From positions 23,808,001 to 23,872,000 of the forward strand of contig NC_082731.1 in assembly GCF_030144855.1 (NCBI RefSeq): a stretch of DNA of 64,000 nucleotides, read 5' to 3'. Source of the stretch: Hypanus sabinus (Eukaryota). Below are positions 42,470-50,633 of the stretch, piece after piece; position 1 is the first letter of the stretch, and each line of letters starts with the position of its first letter. The notes beneath the pieces were generated by a model, which worked only from the letters and a program-made list of their open reading frames with translations, was not told where the DNA came from and made no database searches. A program made the translations under genes and the position numbers.

Positions 42470-42780
42470 GGTGCAAGTGCTATCACAGTAAAACAAGTTA
42501 TGAAACCATCTCAAATTCCTCGGCAGTTAAGCCACCTTCAAAGGGATCCTAACTGTAAACCTACCTATTACTACTCCTTGTCCAGTTGCTGAAGGAATTC
42601 TCACTCCGAGATCCTCTTGCCTGTCTTTCCTTACTTATTAATCACCCTTACGACACTTATCCCTGAAAGAGTATTAAATACTACTGTTGATAGGGTCGAA
42701 ACATTGATTACTTGTTTCCACGGATGCTGCCCGACCTGCTTTGTTCCCCCAACGTGTTGTACGTGTTGTTGATACATCTC
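42470..42780 (+). mobile_element. Penelope-like 3' remnant with decayed terminal repeat
   Basis: gccaccttcaaagggatcc (RHLQRDP-like) followed by gatagggtcgaaac...ggatgctgcccgacctgct, related to the short elements at 28.2 and 50.1 kb. Confidence 0.45.
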
Positions 42781-43149
42781 TTAACTCACGTCCATTCAGT
42801 GCCAAACAGTAGTTCCTAGTGAGGCAACACTTATCCAGCAAAATTGCTTATATTGACCATTGTGTCCGGTGCCCACTATGCATTGGTGAGTCTAGGCGAG
42901 ATTTGGGGGACCATTTCCTGTAGTACATCACACCATCCATATCAAGGTGACTTCGCTGTGGCCAAGAATTTTCATAGCGACTCACATTTCTGTTCCAACA
43001 TGTCCATCTACGTGCCAGGAGAAGGCTGTCTCTGGTTGTTGGAGCAAAACCTTATTTATTTATGTAGATCGCTGGCACGCCTCAGACTCGCTGAACTCGC
43101 TTCCGTCTAGGGGAAGCAGCCTTCAGCCCCGCCAAATTGGATAATCAGC

Positions 43150-43780
43150 TTGTGTGGATGATTATGGTTTCCCCACCACACCAAAAAACAGAAAGTACAC
43201 GGTATACGATTAAATGATTACACTTTATTGATCTTACCAGAACTATGTGATTAATAACGGTACAGTAGATATGAAGGGAAAGGAAATAGAGAAAAAAGCG
43301 CCAAAACTTATCAATGTCCAAACCACTTCGCGCACAACCTTTGGAACTCAATTAACGAAGTCTTTTGGCCACCATTCGATCCCCTCAGACCTCCTCGACT
43401 CGCAGCTCAGGACCAACCGAAATGATCAACCAAGCACCCCGGCACGTCTGTTGTTGTCTTCTCACTTCGCCGAAAACCCTGGCCTCGGACGTCCGTTCGG
43501 GGTCCGATCCGTCGCCCAGCATACAGCGTCGCCTCCTTTTTTTCTCACACACTCGCGCCGGCTCCCCAATTCCAACGCCAACAGTAGCTTACAGATCCAG
43601 AATAGAGAATAATGTTAATCCCAATTAGTTAACGAAGGAATACAATTCTCGCTACCAGTAAATTTTCAGACAAACAAACTGCGAGAGAATGCACTTGTCC
43701 CAACAAAGAAGCATTCCTACTTTTTAACAAAACAAAGAAGCCATTTTGATTAACATACGCAGTAACAAAGAAAAATTGAC
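43150..43780. mobile_element. Probable solo-LTR-like repeat (CpG-rich, apparently young)
   Basis: Abrupt CpG-rich non-coding block starting TG; no partner LTR or TSD established. Confidence 0.3.
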
Positions 43781-44779
43781 AACCACGATTTATCCAGCAG
43801 CTATTCAAAAGACATTTTAAAATGTCTACTTAAGCCAGGCGGTACGTATTTAAAATGTGGAAGGGTACCAGAACATGTGGTGGCAATCCGTGCATTCCAT
43901 GGAGGGGACGTACAGAATACTTACAGATTAACTGGAATTTAACTCCGAACACTTTCGCCCTGAATTGTAATAAAGTTAAGTTAACCGCTATACTACTGTG
44001 GCGCCAAACCATATAAAAACACTGTTTTATGTTGAATTGGTATATTGTAGAATTGCTTTTATTTAGAAAGGCATGGAAGCAGCCACGAATCAAAACATCT
44101 AAATAATTGCTTGGTTTTGATGACCAATATGCATAGCCACGAATTCCAGTTCTATCAAATTTAGTTTGGATTGTTGTTCGTGGGTCCCAATAGGAGCAAG
44201 TTCCTGCTCGGACTTAATTGAGGCAAAGTAGAGGAATGACAAAACTTAAGACATCTCTTATGACTGGTAGTAATTACGGCACCCCCAACCCACCCCCCAA
44301 AATAGTAACAGCCGGATATTTTCTTTGCATCCCTTCTCCTAGTAACTCGATGCCCTCCAATTCTATCAATCTGATTAATTGGAATATCAAGTAATTACGA
44401 AAAAAGTGCATTGTCATTTTAATAGGTGCCATGGTATCAAAAGCATTTGAATGCAACAGATGACATGGCAATGTCTAGCGCCTGCATGTTAATACAATTC
44501 GGTGAAACATTCTACCCGCTTCGAAGATACATTCAGGCTCTCTTCGGTAGTTTCGTGATGACACAGTCGTGAATATGATAGAAACGGAATGATTTTTGTA
44601 GATCATGATGTTGTATACTTCAGGAGCAACAGTTTACAAATTTATCTTTGAAAATTTTCTTCCCAGTAATTTATTAACTTACATATGTATACAAATTGCA
44701 AGAAATAAAATATATATCAATTCATTGTACTAAATCGCACATAAATATTCCTTATTCTATATCCATACGGATTAATTCG

Positions 44780-45840
44780 TAACATTGAAATAAAGTAATT
44801 TTATTATATAACAAAATCTAACCCACAACCAAGACCTAAGCTTATCAGCAAAGAAAAAAGTGGAAAAAAAATATTAGTCATCTTCTGTGCTTTAACAGCA
44901 AATCAAAGGTTTTGAATATAATTGAAAATAATCCACGATCTTTGAAAGGCTTGATTAGATTGAACGATTGAATATCGAACATTCTCTAAATTTAAACATG
45001 ACATCACCTCACGTAACAATTGGGCATGAATAGGAGGGGCCGCATCTGTTGAATTAAGCAAAAGCGTCCTTTTCGCCATAATAGAAACAAAAGCCAAAAT
45101 CTGCAAGTCCGATGACTCCAAAACAATATCCTTTCCGCCAACATTACCAAATAAAGCGGTCTAAGGAACAGGCTTAAAGTTTATTTTGAAAAGTATCGAC
45201 AAAGTTTCAAACACTTCTTTCCAATATTTTCCAAGACTCGGACATATACAAAACATATATATGTGTGTAGCGTTTCCATTACTACATTTATCTCAATACG
45301 GATATATATCTAACTATAAAAGAGACAACATATCCTTGGTCATATGTCCCTTATGGAATTCTAATATTTCAAAGTACTGTAACTTCTGCACAACTGTTCT
45401 GCCACCCTTCGCACGGCACAACGTATTTGCAATTTTGCTGCATTCAATTGACTGGAAGATTATATGTAACAAATAGATATACAGTAAAACGTATTAGCAT
45501 CCAGGATCAACAATGAGCACCCTCAATGGTTTCGATGCCCCAACTCTTTTCCTATGTCTTACATCATATGGTCTAAAATGCGAATTTACTGAAGGCTATG
45601 ATGTCTTTTCTCTCCAGGAGTACATTTTTGAGAAATGTGTGTCTTGCTTTTTCACAGACAAAATGGTGGAGGAAATCCGCAAATCGGCAGCTCCCCTGGA
45701 AATAATGTTTCCCGCCAAGCTCTACCATTAGGACATGATAATTTGCTCCAGCATATCTTGGGTGTTGATTTCGGTACTATTGTTTGCTCTATCACTATTC
45801 TACTAAGAATCCCACCGCACTGCGGTTTCATGCAGTTGAT
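44780..45840 (-). mobile_element. L1/Tx1 ORF2 C-terminal remnant
   Basis: ILAFVSIMAKRTLLLNSTDAAPPIHAQLLREVMSCLNLENVRY matches the fish L1 ORF2 C-terminus (AF.SL.ARR.IL..W....PP....W..D.M..L.LEK.RY); A-rich tail near 44850. Confidence 0.7.
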
Positions 45841-45882
45841 GTCGTGCGAGGCAGAGGCGTATTTATATGATGCTACTAAATG

Positions 45883-45921
45883 AGTTTTTGTATTGTACTT
45901 TCACTGCTCAGCTGCACTGTG
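45883..45921 (-). other. Second (distal) 23-RSS downstream of the supporting V
   Basis: Minus strand: CACAGTG (45921-45915), 23-bp spacer cagctgagcagtgaaagtacaat, ACAAAAACT (45891-45883); near-perfect consensus. Confidence 0.88.
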
Positions 45922-45943
45922 TGCTTGCAACAAGAGGCACACT

Positions 45944-45982
45944 ATTTCTTGTACAGCGCTGTCCATCTGCGGCATCACAGTG
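45944..45982 (-). other. Proximal 23-RSS at the coding end of the supporting V
   Basis: Minus strand: CACTGTG (45982-45976), 23-bp spacer atgccgcagatggacagcgctgt, ACAAGAAAT (45952-45944). Confidence 0.8.
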
Positions 45983-46285
45983 CTGTGAACGGACTAATTG
46001 CGCAGTAATACACTGCAGCGTCGCTCATTTGCACTTTTGAGATCGTCAGCTGACTGATTTTCTTACTGGGATCTAGAACACCAGTAATTCGTTCCCCGGC
46101 GATTTTGATTTCAACTTGTGCTCCAAACGTTTGTCTCTGGAGCAGATGTATGAGTGGCTGTCCTGGAAGCTGCCGATACCAGTGTAATGTATTGCGACAG
46201 TACACATTATAATCACACTTTAATCTGACGTTGCCAGCAAGAGTAGTTTGTAGTTCAGGTATCTGCGACGGTGGAGAAATGGATT
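45983..46285 (-). CDS. TRDV: Leaderless NAR-TCR supporting TCR-delta V exon (STCRdV), open
   Basis: Acceptor ttctacag, phase 1; (E)SISPPSQIPELQTTLAGNVRLKCDYNVYCRNTLHWYRQLPGQPLIHLLQRQTFGAQVEIKIAGERITGVLDPSKKISQLTISKVQMSDAAVYYCAISPFT; extra CDR1 Cys; no leader-derived residues; lies downstream of a phase-matched J donor. Confidence 0.9.
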
Positions 46286-47089
46286 CTGTAGAAATGTAAA
46301 GGAAGATTATTGCTGTTTAACCTATGTCTATCAGAACAATCTTCCCAAATAAGATAAAGACACATTGCTTTTACGCAAGCATATGTCATTTAAAATGTAT
46401 CTCATTTGAAATATTTATTATCATTTCCGTTTACTATAAGAAATTGGTGCAGTGTAAATATCAGGAGCACATGGCATTTGGAGGCCGCATTGCTGTTATG
46501 AAAATGTTTGATACTGTGTGAATCTATGTGAAAGAAAGAACCTGATTTCATGGAACAATTTTGTAGAACCGACAAATTCATAATGGGAGGAACTCACATT
46601 GATTCAGTTCTGTGCTGATTATATTAAATAGCAGTTCAAATCCTTATTGTTTTTAAATCTGTATATAGGTAGATCAGACCTAGTGTACGAATTGATAGAG
46701 GTTTCATCCGGGCGTGTTTATTTATCTTGTTTTTAACTTTTCCCCGTTATGGATTGTAGCCTTTAACCATCTTGGACTGTAGCTTGTCATCACGTTACTG
46801 CAATTAAAGAATGTAGACTGGTCAGATTTTTTCTATAAGCAGCTGAAAACTAAGGCGAATTTTCAAAGGAATTTTAGCATGTGCTGATACAAAGTTTCGG
46901 TTCCCATCAATTATTTTTTAATCAGTGGGTATGTCATTTCCCGTCCTGTTTGAGAGTTAATTGGAAAAATAAAAGTAGTTTCATTAATTCCTGCAGGTAG
47001 GTGGCTCTTACGTGTTACTTCTGCTTGCGGTTGTGCCTTAAGCTGCTGGGAAAATTTCTCACATGCCTGACGGTGGTCGGTTGGATTCA

Positions 47090-47780
47090 TTCTACGAAGA
47101 TTACATAGGGTTATCACCCTTATTATCGGATGTCATTTTCCTCTCCATCTCCCTCTGTTAATTCAGTTTTATCACTTTATGTGGGTTTAGATACATTGCA
47201 CAGGATCACATAGCACAAGACAATCCACAAACTTCCAGTCACTCTGCTTGATCATGCATGGATCGATACACCTTACTAAAGCCTTCTACAACGTAGCGAA
47301 ATGATTTCCTTACAATCTATGAATTAACCTGCGTCCAATCATTCTGCATCCCTTCGTTCATTCGTAAGTATGGCTGTCAGTACCAGTAACCGTGATGTTA
47401 ATTGTTCAGGCTAGCTGAATGGCCGCTCTGTATTGTTATAATGAAAAGGTTCTCTGTAATGTTAATTGATGCTTTAATAGTTTTCTGTAATTGGGATGTT
47501 TGTGTTATGACTGCAGTTAAGGTGGGGAACTAACCAATGGAGAATTGTTATGCTATCTTGTATGTTTAAGCTGAGTGAGAGTTCGCGGTCTTTATCAGGA
47601 GACGAGTGAGGAGGACAGACGTGTGGGGAGCGGACAGTTGTTCCGGGCGGCCGATACTGGGCGTCAGCGGTTCGGATGGTTGTCGAAGTCTCGGAAGCTC
47701 GTTGTAGATGGAAATGGAGGAGCGAGCTCCAACGTATTGAAATATTATGTTCACATACTGATAAACTGATAAACAGCCTT
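47090..47780. mobile_element. CR1 3'-end remnant (47090-47420) and LTR-like fragment (47480-47780) inside the J-to-supporting-V intron
   Basis: Similarity by eye to CR1 3' ends in the window; CpG-rich LTR-like block. Confidence 0.35.
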
Positions 47781-48307
47781 CAGGTTAACTGTTTCTAATA
47801 ACTCATCACTAAGAAATAATAATAAAGTCGAACTTACCTACTCGCCTTTGGTGCATGTTCTGATATTTGTGTTGCGAGTGGGTACTGGGGGAAGGGGGCA
47901 TTACATCGTATTTACACCAAAGTATAGCACTAATGGCGGTGCAACGGCAGTTCACCCTGGGCGAAAGTGGGTAAATTGGGGGCACAGATGCTACACCTAT
48001 TTGTTAATTCTGGGGACTTGTACATTATTGGCAGCACCAACTGTATTGTTCATCAGCAGCACTAATGCGCGAGCTCCCGATGTGCTGGAAATGTCTACAG
48101 GAAAGGTTCATCCAAAAAAAAAAACGAAAAAAAAACACACACACTGTGTTTAAGTAGCCTCCGGCAGACTTTGCAGATACCATATTTGACTAGGGACAGA
48201 TTTAGAATGCAATGATTATTTTTAAACTTTATCATTCTATCATCTGTTCAATGATGCCGAAAATAGACGAGACATTGCAAGACACGACGATGTTTGTGGA
48301 TACGTAC

Positions 48308-48365
48308 CGGGTCCGACCGTGACTTCCGTCCCTTTTCCTTCAAGGGTATGAGTCGTCCACTTATG
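48308..48365 (-). CDS. NAR-TCR J segment
   Basis: 58 nt: HKWTTHTLEGKGTEVTVGP+G, phase-1 donor GTACGT at 48307; preceded by a 23-RSS. Confidence 0.9.
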
Positions 48366-48404
48366 CACAATGTTCCTGTTCTCAGTCTCCTCAGTACAAC
48401 AACT
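48366..48404 (-). other. 23-RSS 5' of the NAR J
   Basis: Read from the coding end (plus strand): CACAATG (48366-48372), 23-bp spacer ttcctgttctcagtctcctcagt, ACAACAACT (48396-48404). Confidence 0.9.
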
Positions 48405-48734
48405 GCACTCACGTGAATATGCTTTACAAACGTCACATTCGGTTTTCCGAGGTTTCCAGGAACGTTCATGCAACGGATAGAATGCTGCATTCCGTATTTT
48501 CCGGCAGTTCGACATGGACTTTGAGAAAAATAAACAAGATATAATTAAGATAAATTGCAGAACGATCCCGAGAGGAAAACAAAATATATAGCAAAATTGT
48601 CAATCAAAATAATTATGAACTATGGAAATAACAAATAATCTAATCAGGTCATGAACAAAAGTTTTCAGTTTTTTTTTTATTTTGTACAGTACATCGAGAA
48701 CTTGTGCTTTAAAAATTGTGATTTTTTAATTGTC

Positions 48735-48807
48735 TTTTTTTGTTCAGATCTCTTCCACGGTGAGTGTTCCAAAGTTTACACAGTACCTCAAGTGAATTTC
48801 AAATCCC
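48735..48807 (-). CDS. NAR-TCR D segment (16 nt, 48778-48763, TAAACTTTGGAACACT) flanked by two 12-RSSs
   Basis: 3' RSS: CACCGTG (48762-48756), 12 bp, ACAAAAAAA (48743-48735). 5' RSS: CACAGTA (48779-48785), 12-13 bp, weak nonamer TTCAAATCC/TCAAATCCC. Lies between the 22-RSS V and the 23-RSS J. Confidence 0.8.
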
Positions 48808-49122
48808 CCGAGGACTCGATGAAAGAAGTGAACAGGAATTAAGTTCCCAGCGATGTGGTTATCCGGTACCAAGTATTCATGAACGATTCCATCTGTAGTT
48901 GACAACAAGTGGGTACATTTTTATAAAAAAATTCTGTGGAAATTTATTGGCTCAAACATCAGACACCAACGCACCCGCTACTGTAAGAACATAAAGACTG
49001 TACGTGATTAGAAGAAAAAAATGTCTGGAAGCTAGACAGTAGGAAGGATCGTGGAAGGGGTAAATCAGGTTTATCCGCATATTCATTTTGCTCCATCTGA
49101 TTCAGGAATTAGCTACAGCGGA

Positions 49123-49160
49123 AGATTTTGTACAGCGGGAATCCGAGGCCAATCATTGTG
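49123..49160 (-). other. RSS of the NAR-TCR V (22-bp spacer)
   Basis: Minus strand: CACAATG (49160-49154), 22-bp spacer attggcctcggattcccgctgt, ACAAAATCT (49131-49123). Confidence 0.9.
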
Positions 49161-49637
49161 CTTCACGCCATTTGTACACCGCTTGACAGAAATAGGTGCC
49201 GCTGTCTTCCACTCGCAGATCCTTAATTTTCAAGGAAACCTGCATGTCGGTTGTCTTAATCGAAGTAACAAATCTCCCCCCGGCGGTGACCTCTTTTCGT
49301 TCGGCCGCTGATTTGGTCTGCCTGACGAATTTTCCATTTTGAAAGCGGTATTCACCATAAGAACCAAGCTGAAAACGGCAGGTAATGGTGGCAGTCTGAC
49401 ACTCATTCAAGTTTACAATAGTGGGGGACTGAGTCACCGACTGACTCAATGAACCTAGGTTTAAAAACGGAGGGAAGTGAGTAGAAATCAGAAACGAAAC
49501 ACATAGCAGAGTTAAACTGGAATAGTTCTTGAAAAGCAGAATGGCTCAGAGAGATGTGAAATTAATGTAATGTGGATGTGTGAAATGTACTCACGCCGTA
49601 AGCAGAGCCAGAGTATGAAAAAAAAGAAGACTCCCAT
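49161..49637 (-). CDS. NAR-TCR V (IgNAR-like V; leader exon 49637-49595, intron 49594-49455, V exon 49454-49161), open
   Basis: Leader MGVFFFFILWLCLR, phase-1 GTGAGT donor; V: SQSVTQSPTIVNLNECQTATITCRFQLGSYGEYRFQNGKFVRQTKSAAERKEVTAGGRFVTSIKTTDMQVSLKIKDLRVEDSGTYFCQAVYKWRE. No CDR2, NAR-type GGRF..S...SL.I.DLRVEDSGTY.C, extra FR1 Cys. Confidence 0.93.
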
Positions 49638-50122
49638 CTTCAATGGAGCAGAATTCTGAAGTGACGAGTACATGGACCACACCGCCTGCACACTTATGGT
49701 AGAATTTGCTGTTGAAGAATATCCTGTTGAAGGATATCTGCTTGTTCTGATTTGTGTATTTGATCAGGGTACTGAAGCTCCTCCCATGACCGCCCGATGT
49801 TCAACTGTGTGACGAAGATGGCCTATCATTGGATGAGTCTGTCTCATTTGCAATTAAAAGGACGGCCTTATTTGGGATTTATTGATTTTGCGAATTGTGT
49901 CCTAGGCTTCCACAGAATATTTCAATTCTTAGTAAACTTTGTGATGGAGCTCATCCTCTGACCTGTTCTTGACGGCAGGTACGTGGGACGAGTTGTCAAT
50001 CTCTCCCTCAGCTTAAGAAGTGTATGATGGCATTTTCAACCTTTGGATGCACCAATCCGTCAAGACTACTCAGAGGAGAAAATGTGGACGACAGTAAAAC
50101 TGCGGCCAAACAGGTTCAAATT

Positions 50123-50260
50123 CAGTCCTGACGAAGTATCTCGGCCCGAAACATGGGCAGCTCTTCTCCCGATAGATGCTGCCTGGCCTGTTGTGTTCCA
50201 CCAGCTTTTTGAATGTGTTGTTGTTTGAATTTCCAGCATCTGCAGATGTCCACGTGTGTG
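50123..50260. mobile_element. ~138-bp Penelope-type short element with perfect 11-bp TSD and hammerhead-like core
   Basis: Flanked by aggttcaaatt at 50112-50122 and 50261-50271; contains CTGACGA-agtatctcggccc-GAAAC. Confidence 0.8.
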
Positions 50261-50501
50261 AGGTTCAAATTTTACCTATTTTAAGAAAGAGGTACCATAG
50301 GAATCCTTACTTCTGTCTTTGTTGTCACAGTCTATATCAATCTTCTCTTTGGTGTACAGGCGGTTGGAAAATATAAAAATCTGTTGAAGAGAAAATAAAG
50401 CTGATATCCAGTTCGACAAAGCTGAGCGTGGGGGAGCAGCATTTTCAGTGCAAGTGAGTTTCATTGAGTTTTCATGGGATATATTGTTATTATTGTTGTG
50501 G

Positions 50502-50633
50502 NNNNNNNNNNNNNNNNNNNNNNNNNNNNNNNNNNNNNNNNNNNNNNNNNNNNNNNNNNNNNNNNNNNNNNNNNNNNNNNNNNNNNNNNNNNNNNNNNNN
50601 NNNNNNNNNNNNNNNNNNNNNNNNNNNNNNNNN
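50502..50633. other. Assembly gap (132 N)
   Basis: Run of N. Confidence 1.

Noticed and set aside
45922-45943. 16-nt stretch between TAGTGTG and RSS2 as a hidden D segment
   Set aside because: No 5' nonamer, and its putative 12 spacer would overlap RSS1, preventing V-D joining.
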